A stretch of 64,000 bases of DNA, taken from contig OZ218964.1 in the NCBI GenBank assembly GCA_965112735.1, positions 2,604,001 to 2,668,000 on the forward strand. Reading direction: 5' to 3'. Positions 1 to 15,678 of the stretch are shown here, piece by piece. The translations under genes and the position numbers were made by a program. The notes under the pieces are model-generated. The model did no database searches and was not told the origin of the DNA. It saw only the letters and a list, made by a program, of their open reading frames with translations. The stretch is from Phaeosaccion multiseriatum. Lineage: Eukaryota; Protista; Ochrophyta, other classes. Each line of letters starts with the position of its first letter. The stretch's first letter is position 1.

Positions 1-912
1 GCAGGAACAGGAGCGAGAGGGGGCGGGAAGGGGGGGAGGGACAAGGCGGTCGAACGTAAAGGACGAGGTGGGGGTCGTGAGATGTCAGAGCAGGCGAAGG
101 ATGGGTAGTGGCGTTGCAAGGGAGTGGAGTAGCGGTACGGATTACCAAAAAATGCGTGAAGACCCAGGAGCCGAGGAGAACAGGAAAAAAAGAGGGAGAA
201 GAACAGCAGCGAGCACCCCAGGGCACTGCCCCCACTGAAGCCCACAAAGAAATCGTTCTCCTCCCAGCCTCTGTCTCCTTACCTCAATATCCTCACAGCT
301 AGCGCCTAGTCGGGGAGACCCGCTCCGCCCTTCCGGATGACGGTTGAGTATTTAGCAGCCCGCCTTCCTCGAGCTCTGGATTGTCCAGGTCACCCAGGCG
401 CTTACTCTACTCCTTTCCTGCAATACAGGCATGCTCTTCTCATAGTCCCCGGCGCTTTGTTGCTACCATCGGACACGCGTATATATAATTCCATATGGGT
501 GTTACAGATTTTGTTTTCGAGAACCTCGATTTAATTTTACCCCGACGTGTGACGAGAGCGACTTTTATTGACTTACGTAGTATCACTCCCCCCTTCACAA
601 CTGTACAATGTACATGAAGCATACACATTATAAAAGCTGCACACACACACATTTCCTATTTACAACCCGCCTCCATCTCCATTTCCTATTTACAACCCGC
701 CTCTGACGCTCCAATGTACAACCAACACGTGCTTTCAAGGACAAGGCGCCAACGAAAGAGAGAGAGAGAGAGAGACTTCCCAATGGCTTGCACTCCCCTC
801 CTGTGCATCAATCAAGTCCCTCTCCCCATCCCTGCCTCTGCGCCCGACTCCCTCGCCGCCCGCCCTGCCTCTCCTCTCGGCCCCCCGCCCCCGCCTTGCC
901 TCTCCCCTCCCC

Positions 913-1143
<231 letters not shown>

Positions 1144-1170
1144 CGTCCCCTCCACGAGTAGAGAGCTCCA

Positions 1171-1511
1171 CTAGTAGAGAGCCGCTGCCCTGATGGCCTC
1201 ATACACCTTGAGCACATCGGGCAGATAGAAGCTCTCGTACACCAGGGGGAAGGGCGTGTCCAGACCGCACACGCGCTGCACTGGGGCCTCGAGGTGCTCG
1301 AAACAACGCTCCTGCATGTCCGCAGCGATCTACAGGGATGGCAGTGGACGGATGGATGGACGGATGGAGGGGTGGAGGGATGGAGGGATGGGCAAGCAGA
1401 GGAAGCATTTGGTGCGTTACAAGCAGTAAGGTGGTATTGTTTTGTATTGCACACGTGCGTGGTGTTCTCAAGTACCAAGCCCTGCCCGAGCACCTGTACC
1501 TGTACGCTGGC

Positions 1512-1588
<77 letters not shown>

Positions 1589-2632
1589 ACACACACACAC
1601 ACACACACCTCCTTCTCTCCCTCCAACCCCACCCCCCCCTCACCTCGGCCGCGAAGCCTCCCGTGCGCGGCGCCTCGTGCGACACCACGAGTCTGCCCGT
1701 CTTCTTCACCGACGCGGAAACCGTGTCGAAGTCCCAGGGCAAAAGGCACCTAAGGTCAATTAGCTCGCAGCTCAGCCCGTCCTTGGCCCTGGCAAGCTCG
1801 CATGCCTCCTGCAACACTAAGAGCTGGGCCCCGTAACCGACAACGGTTACATCCGAGCCTTGCTGCATAACGTCGGCCTTGCCCAGGGCGAGTTCAAAGT
1901 CCGCGTCCGGGACGGGCCCGACGCTGGTGCGGTACAACATCTTGGGTTCGAGGAAGACGACGGGGTCGGGCTCACGCACGCTCGCCAAGAGCAAACCTTT
2001 GGCCTCTGCGGGGCTGCGAGGCATCACCACCTTGAGGCCTGGCGTGCCTGTGAAGTAGGCTTCGGGCGATTGGGAGTGGTAGTGGCCACCGTGACCGACT
2101 GCGCCGCACGGAGAGCGGATGGTGAAGCCTCCGCAGTTGAACTGGTCCCCGCTTCTGTAGCGGTACTTTGCTGCCTCGTTGACGAGCTGGTCCAAAGCGG
2201 GGAAGATGTAGTCTGCGAACTGACACTCGGCAATGGCCGTCTTTCCCATCGCGGCATACCCAATGCCGAAGCCCGCAATACCCTGCTCCGTGAGGGGACT
2301 GTTGAAGACTGAGGAGAGCAGACAGCACAAACGGGGGACCATGAGAGAGGCAGAGAAAACAGGAATAGCGGCAGGAGAAGTCAGCCGTCACACACACACA
2401 CATCCTCTTCATCCATCCCACCACACCTCCGACGCACCCCTCGCTTCGCCGAACTCGTCCCGGAGGCCTACGCTGGCCCTGAAGACGCCTCCGAAAGCCA
2501 CGTCTTCGCCGTACACAATGGCACTCTTGTCTGTCAAGAGCGCGGTTCTCAGCGCTGCGTTGATGGCGGTGACCATGTTCATCCGAGTCGTTCCACCTCC
2601 TACGTCCCCACTGTGCCCCAGTCTCTGTGTGC

Positions 2633-2671
<39 letters not shown>

Positions 2672-2825
2672 TGATGCTCCGCGCCGAAACGGGCACACGG
2701 CCAGCGTCAGCAGTACCAACAGCCGTGGCGGAGCGCCGCCTCCTGCATCTTGATGCTACAGCGGTCGCACGCACCGCACCTTGTCCCATTCTTTGTCCAC
2801 CCAGCCTCAGCAGTAGAGGCCCCAT
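1171..2825 (-). CDS. BCKDHB: Branched-chain 2-oxoacid dehydrogenase E1 beta subunit, mitochondrial (3 exons: 2825-2438, 2308-1644, 1329-1171)
   Basis: The spliced translation has the family motifs [73 protein letters not shown] and [20 protein letters not shown] junctions keep frame. The Arg/Ser-rich N-terminus resembles a mitochondrial presequence. The start may instead be ATG 2789. Confidence 0.95.
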
Positions 2826-3332
2826 TCTCGTGCCCTCTTCGAGTCGTTCCCCTGTTGAAGAAGGAGACTTTTCTTCGCAGAACAAATTCAAGTGGCGCCT
2901 CCACTAAGAGACACCAGGGCCGCTGTATGTACATTCATCTTGTGGTCACACCACTGGGTGCGACGAGAGACGGATTGCATTTAAGGTAAGGGGAGGCCTG
3001 GTCCCTGGTCGTTCAACGCGCGACGCTGCCAAACCCTGCTTGGAGTACCAACGGCCGAACATCCTCAGACCCCAAGCAAATCCATTTGGAAAAAAGATAA
3101 AAGCGCTGAAGCACTGTGCATTACGGAGCAAACCCCCACACATCATGTACAGTTAGCTCATTAGGAAGAGTATAGAAGAGAGGTTCAACGGAAGCAGCAC
3201 AGGCTGAGGGAGACCGCGAAGGCCGCGAGGTCGGAACGTCCAACGACGATTTTGGATTGAGCCCCTCTTCGGATCAGGGGGGGGCAAAGCAAGCCACCGC
3301 ACCCTCGCGGGGGGGAGGGTCCGAGAAGAAGG

Positions 3333-5027
3333 ATGTCACAGCTAACATGGGAGGAGACGAAGGGCATAATGAGTGAGCTGGAGGCCCTGTACGCAGACAG
3401 AAGAGACGTGGACAGTGTGCACGAGATACACGGCTTGACCCAGGAGGTGGTGGCAGAGGCCAGGAGGGACGAAAGGGACGCCAAAGAAATAATTAGAGGT
3501 GAGGAGAGGTGTGAGGGAGGGGGGGCGGAGGAGGGTAGAGGGGAAGAGAGCGGGGGAAAGGCATCGCCAGATGTGAGCCATAACAAAAGGGGGATGCGGG
3601 CGGTTCTCTCCTCTCAGCAGAGCCTGTCTGCAGGAGAGAGGGAAACAGAAGGAGCTCCTTTTGGTGGTAGTGCTCATGTCACATTGTCCCTGCTGCCGCC
3701 TCTCCTGCGTCGTATCGCCGCTCGCCGAGGCAACAGGGGAGGGTGGGTCTGTCTCATGTCTGGGGGCCTCCCACTCTCATGAAGCATTGCAGCGTCATTC
3801 ACTCGCTCACTTTGAGCCTCTCACGTGGCTGTACTGTGCTATACCCCTGCGCGTTCCTCTGAGCAGCTATGACATCGCGAGTGTCCAAACGGAAAGAAGA
3901 AGTGGTGCCACCCTCGGAGGAGGAATTCGCAGCACGGAAAGCAGCGGTGCGTGTCCTCAAATCAGGGGGGGGGGGGGGGGAGGGACATGACTAGTACACA
4001 CTGTGCTGGCAGGGGGGAAGAGAGGAGAGAGGAGAGAGATACCTCGATGAGACGATGAGACCAGCTCCGCTCGCAAGGCGCACGCGCGGAGAGTTGGAGA
4101 ATCGGATGGCAATGGATGGCACGCGCCGCAGCCCGCCTCCAAGCTCAAGCTACAAGCTGCTCCTCCTAGCTAGCAGAGGCCTCCAGAGGCCTCCCTCCCA
4201 AGGCTCCGACGACCATGCAAGGAAGGTGTGCTCTCTCCCTCTTGCTCCTGCCCCTCACGCACCCCCGCCCTCCCCTGGTTCTGCTTCCTTGCTTCTGCTT
4301 GCTTCCCCGGTCTGGCTCTGCCCCTCCCGTTGGCCCAGGTGGACAGTGAGCGGGCTCAAGTAGAGGCTGAGATTGCGACCGCCGATGCCACAGCAAGAGA
4401 CAAGGAGAAAGCCATCCAAGACCTAGGGTGAGGAGCAGGGGAGGGGAGCAGGGCCAGCCAGGAGGAGGCAGGGGTGGGAGGGTTATGTATGTGTTGGGGG
4501 GGGGGGGGGAGGAGAAGGCGGTACTCCAAATCGAAAGCAACAGCGCGAATGGCCGCTGTCCATATGAATGGTCGGGCTTGTAAGCGCAAACATTCCCTCC
4601 AGATGGTCTGCGGTGTGCGGTGGGCCTGTGGAGGATTCTCCATACCAGCATTCATTTCATTCCCTCCTCGCCTCACGATTACGTCCACCCCTGACCCACT
4701 CACCCCCAATCACCCCCAATCACCCCCAATTACCCCCCCCCAAGTGAGGATATCAGCACCGCCACCGCGTCCCTGCACGCCATCGTGGAGGACCACTCGG
4801 CGAGCATGCCCAGCATCAGGGGCTCCCTCGCCCTCTACTCCAACATCACGGACATAAAGTGGGACTACACCAAGGACCCAAATACACTCGCCGGGTACAT
4901 TGCCATCCAGGACACGCAGACCGTTCGAGCGTTTCAGTTCGACATTGCCACCGGTGACCGTTTCGCAATTGCCCAGCATCTCTGGGACCTCGTGGAGAAG
5001 AGGGGGGGCGCCGCGGCGGAGGCGTGA
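3333..5027 (+). CDS. SPC24: Kinetochore Ndc80-complex subunit Spc24-like (exons 3333-3498, 3867-3946, 4339-4427, 4745-5027)
   Basis: Coiled-coil-like N-terminus, then an Spc24-type C-terminal domain: LALYSNITDIKWDY...LAGYI...F.FD...RFAIAQHLWDLV. All four exons join in frame at GT-AG sites. Confidence 0.75.
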
Positions 5028-5229
5028 ATGGAGAGGGGGAGGGAGAGGGGTGGGCTGTGGGGTTGTGCGGTGTTCTGCCCGCCAGGGCCAATGCACCGAA
5101 ACTGGACACTGGACAGGGTGGAAGCCTTCCTTCCACTCAGCGCGGTGTGGGTGGCACTCATTCCGACCAGGGACAGACGAGTAGTGAGTGGTGAGTGGTG
5201 AGAGGCATTTAGGCTGCCTGCCTGCCTGT

Positions 5230-5260
<31 letters not shown>

Positions 5261-5340
5261 CTTTCGTGCTATTTTTCTGTCTGTCTTGAGTCTGATATTT
5301 CACTCCCTTGCTCTGCCTCCCTGCCGACACCTGCCGACAG

Positions 5341-5681
5341 GTCAAGCTGGCCTACCGGAAGGCGATGCTTGTAGTGCATCCGGACAAGTGCGCTGACCTT
5401 GACTCCGAAAAGCGCTTCATTGCACAGGTGAGCAGCGCCACCGCAGGGCTTGAGGGGTGGCAATTGCTGGCAGCGTAGCTCATTCCTCTCCTCTTACGCC
5501 TCTCCTCGTCCCTCGTCTATGGCCTCTCCCTCCCTCCCAGCGTGTCTTCGAGGCCGTGAATCAGGCCTACAATGAGCTCAAATGGCCTGCACTTCAGCCG
5601 TTGGTTGTCCAGCTGGGCGGAGGGCTGCAAACAAACCAGAGCCACTCGACTCACGTCGTTCTTTGGAAGGAGTGTCAATAA
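5341..5681 (+). pseudogene. Orphan 3' fragment of an auxilin-like J-domain gene (exons 5341-5427, 5541-5681)
   Basis: Spliced peptide VKLAYRKAMLVVHPDKCADLDSEKRFIAQ|RVFEAVNQAYNEL has the HPD motif and auxilin-type spacing, with intact AG/GT/AG sites. No homologous upstream exons are visible. Confidence 0.6.
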
Positions 5682-6214
5682 GTCTCGTCTGCTCGTTTCT
5701 TTGGAACGAGTGTTTGTTTTAATTTTAATAAAAATATGGCAAAACGCTCTTCTACTGCTCTCCCCCCCTTCTACTACCACTCTACTGTAAACCCACAACT
5801 CCATTACCTGCTGGACCCTTAACCCACAAATACACATAAATTCCCCCCCATTAATAATTAACCCTAAAAATACACGTGTACCTCTTGTAACCGTTAACGT
5901 GTATTGCGCTGTGCAGCAACACAACACCGTAAAGGCCCTGCCGTCACGCACCGCCCTGTTACCAACAAGTCAATAAATCCGCCCCTGTCCAATAATGAAA
6001 CAGAGCTTCTCTCCCAACACCAGCATCAGCTGCGAAATCGCCATGATACACCATCCGCTGCCATCCGAGCCCCCCCCCCATCCTCCTGACACTGCTCCAC
6101 ACTACCTACCTACCAACCCATGCAGCTCGCTCGCTCCCTCCGTCCCTCCCTCCCTCCCTCCTGCTGTCCCAGCTGATCTGCCCCTAGGATTCTAGCATGG
6201 CTCATCATCAATCA

Positions 6215-9449
<3,235 letters not shown>

Positions 9450-9777
9450 GTTTGGCAAGTTTTTCTGTATTACCACCCCTTGATCCTTTTTCGCTTGTAC
9501 TTTCCTCTCTCCTCCTTCCCCTTTCCACTTTAGCTACTAATGGCGAGAATACTCAAGGGGTTTAGAGAATGCACAACCAGAGCCCTGCTCCCAATGGCAG
9601 GTCTCCTATTATCCTGAAGTTTCCTAACGATTTATCTCTAGGTAAAGTAACAAGTGATTTGTGCTTTCCTTTGCCTCCGGCGAGATTTCCGTAACGCCAG
9701 TTCCTTTTCAGTTTTTCTTAAGTGATTCGCCCAAATTGCCCCCAATAATTTTTTTGCACGTACTTCGGAAAATGACA

Positions 9778-10197
9778 GGGAGAAGCGCTATAGCTCTTCG
9801 TGTAGCTCTTTGAGATCCCCACCGATCCATGGTCTTTCGGCTTTCATCGCCTCTTCCCTTCCGTAGTTTTCAGCATTTCCGCAGCAGCACCCCCTTCCCG
9901 GGGGGGGGGGCGGGGGATGTGCACGTCACGGAAATCGCACCAGGCTTGCGAAGGGTCCTGCTGCTGCTCCACTGTGGCTAGCCGCCGTAGCGCTGCGCCT
10001 GTTCTCTTGCAGAAGGGCGGGCAAGCTGCCCATGAGCGATTTCCGTGGCGTGCACATCCCCCTTCTCCCCCCCCCGGGAAGGGGGTGCTGCTGCGGAAAT
10101 GCTGACAACTACGGAAGGGAAGAGGCGATGAAAGCCGAAAGACCATGGATCGGTGGGGATCTCAAAGAGCTACACGAAGAGCTATAGCGCTTCTCCC
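9778..10197. repeat. Long inverted repeat / hairpin 1 (arms 9778-9938 and 10036-10197, 97-nt loop)
   Basis: GGGAGAAGCGCTATAGCTCTTCG...GGAAATCGC is the near-perfect reverse complement of GCGATTTCC...CGAAGAGCTATAGCGCTTCTCCC, with about 5 differences. Confidence 0.95.
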
Positions 10198-10849
10198 AGC
10201 TTTCCGTTTTTTGTTTTTTTTTTTCCCATTAAACATTAACCTACAAATACACAAATACACAAATACACATGTACCTGTACCATTAAGCCACAAATACACA
10301 TAAATCCCCCCCCCTTAACCATTAACCTACAAATACACATGTACCTCTTGTAACCGTTAACATGTATTGCGCTGTGCAGCAACACAACACCTGCACACCT
10401 TCCCTTCTGTCCATTCTATCCTTTGCAAGATCATTCGATCATTCGATCATTCCCCTTCACTATGGTGCCATCTGGTGCTCGTTGGGGGAATCGTCTCGCT
10501 CGATGCCCACTTTTCATGTCTCTCCCCCAAATTCTCAGTAAAGGCCCCGCCGTCACGCACCGCTCTGTTACCAACAAGTCAATAAATCCGACCCTCCGCC
10601 CCTGTCCAATAATGAAACAGAGCTTCTCTCCCAACACCAGCAGCATCAGCTGCGAAATCGCCATGATACACCATCCACTGCCATCCAACCCCCCCCCAGT
10701 GCAGTATGTGCAAACGTACGGTTCATCACCTCCTGACACTGCTCCACACTACCTACCTACCAACCAACCCATGCAGCTCGCTCGCTCCCTCCTGTGGTCT
10801 TAGCTGATCTGCCGCTAGGATTCTAGCATGGCTCGTCATCAAATCATCA

Positions 10850-13149
10850 TCAGGGGCTCGTCACGGGCGTGAGCACATTCTTTATTTGGTCAGAGTCCCC
10901 TCCGGAGGCCTCCCAGCCCGGCACAAGATCATCGCAGTAGAACTCGTCCACGGTCATGTCTTTGCTGAGCTTGGTGGCGATTCGAGCGGCGGCAAGCTCC
11001 GCCAAGACCACCTCCTGCTCGTCCTCGTCGGGAAGGCCTCGTGTGCGGGCCCTCATGAGCTTGACCGCCACGAAGATGACGAACACTGCAGGGGACGGGG
11101 GACGGGAGGGAGGGAGGGAGGGATGGAGGGAGGGAGGGAGGGTTCAGTTTTGGCGTCAGTTCGGATGATTCTAGCTCAAGTATGGATCCCCGTGGATGGA
11201 ACCATGCGATATCGGGAGGGAAGGAGGGAGGGAAGGAGGTCACGCTACACCATGAAGTCAAGGAGAGAGGGAGATAAATCACGCTCCATCATGAAGTCAC
11301 TGAAGTCGATCGATTGTGCTGCCATATGTCAAACGGACCCTCCCTCTCCACTCACAACCATATGGTGCCATATGTTCTTATGTTCTCACTTACATAGCAT
11401 GATCTCCTCGAAGGCCCCGGCGTTGGCGAAGGCGGATCCGAGGGCGGTGGAGGGCGTGGTGCACGTCTTACTCTTGCAGTCGAAATAGTCTTCCACGAGG
11501 GTTTCCGGGGTGAGGGTTGTGGACAGCGGCGCCAGCAGGTTCTTGCAGCTGGCAGCTCGGATGGAGGGCTTGAAACCGTAAAGGTTTTTGTTGACGAAGC
11601 CCGCAGAGCCATAGGTGTTGATGGCCACGGAACCGAGCGGGGTGGTGAGGTCGTCGGTCGCATAACGGTCGAGCAGAATCTCGAGGTCGAAATCGCTGTA
11701 GCAATCGCTGAAGCCGTCTACGCACCCTGCGTTGCACACGTCGTCGTAGAACTGGACGTCGGGCTTGAGCAGCAGCTGCGTTGAACCGATGGTATCCTGC
11801 AAGGCCTTGTCGGTGATGAGAATGAAGGCCTCGCCCGTCTCCTGGATGGTGATACTGTACGGCGGCGGGGTGGAACAGAAGCAAGAGAAGGCCCGGCCAA
11901 GGAGGGGGTGCGAGGAGTTGCAGGGCTCGTCAGTGAACTTACTCTAGCTCCGTGCTTTCTTAAACGACTTAGAAAGACACCTCCCTCCCTCCCATGTGCC
12001 TCTTACATGTTTGAGAACTCGGTATCTGTGAAGACTCCGCCCGTCGACATGGTCTCTTGGAAGCTCTGCAGCCTGCGACGGGCGTCAGAGTCGCTGGAAG
12101 TCGTCGAGGAGGCTCCAGAGGAGCCACTCGTGTCGGTCTCGGTGTCGGAGTCAGTGCCAGTTTCAGTGCCAGTAGAGCCGTTGTCTGCCTCTGTGTCCGT
12201 GTTCGTGCCGGTGTCGGAGCCGGTGTCAGAGGCGTCATCAATCGCCCGTTTGGCGTCACTCGCAATGCTTGCGTCGCTGGCTGTGGTCGAGGACGAGGAA
12301 GACCCCCCAGAGGAGGAGGAGAAGGAGCTGGTGCCAGTGCCAGTGCCAGTACCAGTGCCAGTGCCAGTGCCAGTGCCAGTACCAGTGCCAGTGCCAGTGC
12401 CAGTGCCAGTGCCAGTGCCAGTGCCAGTGCCAGTGGAGGCGGAGGAAGCGGAGGAGCTGGAGCCAATCCCTGAGCTTGAGGTGTACTGGTACGTGCTCTC
12501 TGCGTCGAACTCCGGCACCTCCACGAGCTGTTCCTTGGCATCCGCGACGGAGAGGATCTCCTTGTTGATGGCAATCGCCGTTGCGATGGTCGCGAGGTTG
12601 ATGGTGAAGGGCAAGAAAGTCGTGTCTTCATCATCATCCCCCGTCCCCGTCGAGCTTGTTGTTGCTGTGGTTGCGTTCTGACCGAAGCAGAAGGGCTTGG
12701 CAGCGTCACAGCTGCAGTCCACACTGATGGCCATGGAGTCCCCACCCGATACAGACACTTCGTCTTGTCCGCAGCCGTACGTAGAATGGTCTTTGGCGAG
12801 GAGAATATCGGCGATGGTCGGATCGAAGATGTAGGGGAAGTAGCTGGGGGAGGGGAGAAAGAGCAAAGGGCCACAGTAAGTCAATAAGCGCAGGTTGGGG
12901 GGTCGTGTTGTAGTCATGTAGACATAAGCAGGGGGGTCCAAGCGACGGCAGCACCAGCTAGGACTGAAATTGGAACTCGAAACTTTAGTAAGTACTTACG
13001 TGGGGAAGTCAAGCGCGAGGCTGCCCTTGCTGGCGGTGCACTTCTTGCTGGCAAGATACATGAAGTTCTGAGGACATGTCAAGCAAGCAGGGGTATATGG
13101 GCATGGGGAGAGGAGGGAGAGAAAGGACGGGAGAGAGAAGGATACACAG

Positions 13150-13199
<50 letters not shown>

Positions 13200-14279
13200 A
13201 AGAGAGGCAGGTTGTGGGTCAGGTTGTGGGTCAGGCGTATTCTCGATGTCACAAGGGAGCGCGGCGACTGGTCACGAGGCAGGGGCAGGGCTGACGACCA
13301 ACGAGGGGTAGCTACACCCTCAGTCAAGCTTGATCAGACTCATTGAGACTCAGGCAGACACACTCACGTCGATGCTGGTGTGCGTCTTGGTGAAGGCGTT
13401 GATCTCTGTGATGCACTCGTTGATGGTGGCGACGTCAACTGCGAATTGCTCGTTGCCTCCGCTGTAGTCATTGAACGTCAGCCTCTTCCACTGAGCAGGA
13501 GGCAACCGGGCAAGGGAGGGGGGGGAGTGTGAATAAGCGAGACCGCATCGCACTCCAGCCAGACCAAATGTCGGGGAGCAAGCGACGCGCAAGCCACGCA
13601 AACACTTGTTCCCACACTCACTCACCGAGTCCGATCCCTTGTACGAAGTCCCGTTGTTTGAGAAGGTGTTGTCCTCTGTGACAAAGAAGCTCGAGGTTGT
13701 GGTGACTGGAACCGTCGTGCAAGTAATCTCGTTGTAGGATGTCTTCTTGTCTTGCTTCTCCAAGCTCACGTAGCGAGTCGTCTATAGTCGTTTACAGGGA
13801 CAGTAGAGTGTTACTTGTTACTTTGGCTGTGGAAGCTCAGTGAGGCAATTGGAAGGAGTCAAGCCCACTCACCGCGCACGTCTGCAGCCCACTGACGAAG
13901 AAGTAGAGAAACGCAATCGCTAGTGCAATCTGCCAGGGGAAGAGAAGAGGAGAGAGAGGGGCAGGGCAGTGAGTCAATCATCGTCACAGCTTTGTTGTTT
14001 CTCCGATTTGCTTGCGGACATTGCCAAGTTATCACGCTGTGTTTCCCCATCAACTCGCGTCTCCGCGTGTCTCACCCAGAGGAGGATGCCGCACATGAAC
14101 CTGGGCTTCCCCTTGACAACACGGAGCTTCAGAGGTAGGCTTGACAGGAAGTCGGCCCGGAATCTCTGCAGGGTGGTCTTGGGCGTTCGCTCAGCCGGGC
14201 GGGGAGCCACCCCGGCCGTACGCTGCGGAGGAGGAGGAGGGGCCGTGGCCCCCTCTTCGTAATCATGCATTCTGCTCAT
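10850..14279 (-). CDS. Array copy 2 (chimera: 5' from paralog A, 3' from paralog B), 2-TM Cys-rich protein
   Basis: Same 8-exon structure. Exons 1-3 and their introns match copy 1; intron 4 onward matches copy 5. Confidence 0.85.
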
Positions 14280-14607
14280 GTTTGGCAAGTTTTTCTGTAT
14301 TACCACCCCTTGATCCTTTTTCGCTTGTACTTTCCTCTCTCCTCCTTCCCCTTTCCACTTTAGCTACTAATGGCGAGAATACTCAAGGGGTTTAGAGAAT
14401 GCACAACCAGAGCCCTGCTCCCAATGGCAGGTCTCCTATTATCCTGAAGTTTCCTAACGATTTATCTCTAGGTAAAGTAACAAGTGATTTGTGCTTTCCT
14501 TTGCCTCCGGCGAGATTTCCGTAACGCCAGTTCCTTTTCAGTTTTTCTTAAGTGATTCGCCCAAATTGCCCCCAATAATTTTTTTGCACGTACTTCGGAA
14601 AATGACA

Positions 14608-15025
14608 GGGAGAAGCGCTATAGCTCTTCGTGTAGCTCTTTGAGATCCCCACCGATCCATGGTCTTTCGGCTTTCATCGCCTCTTCCCTTCCGTAGTTTT
14701 CAGCATTTCCGCAGCAGCACCCCCTTCCCGGGGGGGGGGGCGGGGGATGTGCACGTCACGGAAATCGCACCAGGCTTGCGAAGGGTCCTGCTGCTGCTCC
14801 ACTGTGGCTAGCCGCCGTAGCGCTGCGCCTGTTCTCTTGCAGAAGGGCGGGCAAGCTGCCCATGAGCGATTTCCGTGGCGTGCACATCCCCTTCTCCCCC
14901 CCCGGGAAGGGGGTGCTGCTGCGGAAATGCTGACAACTACGGAAGGGAAGAGGCGATGAAAGCCGAAAGACCATGGATCGGTGGGGATCTCAAAGAGCTA
15001 CACGAAGAGCTATAGCGCTTCTCCC
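14608..15025. repeat. Long inverted repeat / hairpin 2
   Basis: Same as hairpin 1 apart from homopolymer lengths. Confidence 0.95.
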
Positions 15026-15678
15026 AGCTTTCCGTTTTTTTTGTTTTTTTTTTCCCATTAAACATTAACCTACAAATACACAAATACACAAATACACATG
15101 TACCTGTACCATTAAGCCACAAATACACATAAATCCCCCCCCCTTAACCATTAACCTACAAATACACATGTACCTCTTGTAACCGTTAACATGTATTGCG
15201 CTGTGCAGCAACACAACACCTGCACACCTTCCCTTCTGTCCATTCTATCCTTTGCAAGATCATTCGATCATTCGATCATTCCCCTTCACTATGGTGCCAT
15301 CTGGTGCTCGTTGGGGGAATCGTCTCGCTCGATGCCCACTTTTCATGTCTCTCCCCCAAATTCTCAGTAAAGGCCCCGCCGTCACGCACCGCTCTGTTAC
15401 CAACAAGTCAATAAATCCGACCCTCCGCCCCTGTCCAATAATGAAACAGAGCTTCTCTCCCAACACCAGCAGCATCAGCTGCGAAATCGCCATGATACAC
15501 CATCCACTGCCATCCAACCCCCCCCCAGTGCAGTATGTGCAAACGTACGGTTCATCACCTCCTGACACTGCTCCACACTACCTACCTACCAACCAACCCA
15601 TGCAGCTCGCTCGCTCCCTCCTGTGGTCTTAGCTGATCTGCCGCTAGGATTCTAGCATGGCTCGTCATCAAATCATCA

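Noticed and set aside
1-540. Possible first exon of a minus-strand gene (GAG|GTAAGG donor near 283)
   Set aside because: All three frames upstream of the donor contain stops and I see no recognisable homology.
9778-10197. Firm call of the hairpin as a MITE or a miRNA gene
   Set aside because: There is no TSD or recognisable TIR end and no expression data. Kept as a repeat and discussed as a hypothesis.
10390-10537. ~147-bp indel in the 3' flank of B-type copies relative to copy 1
   Set aside because: It has no terminal repeats or TSD, so a mobile-element call cannot be supported.
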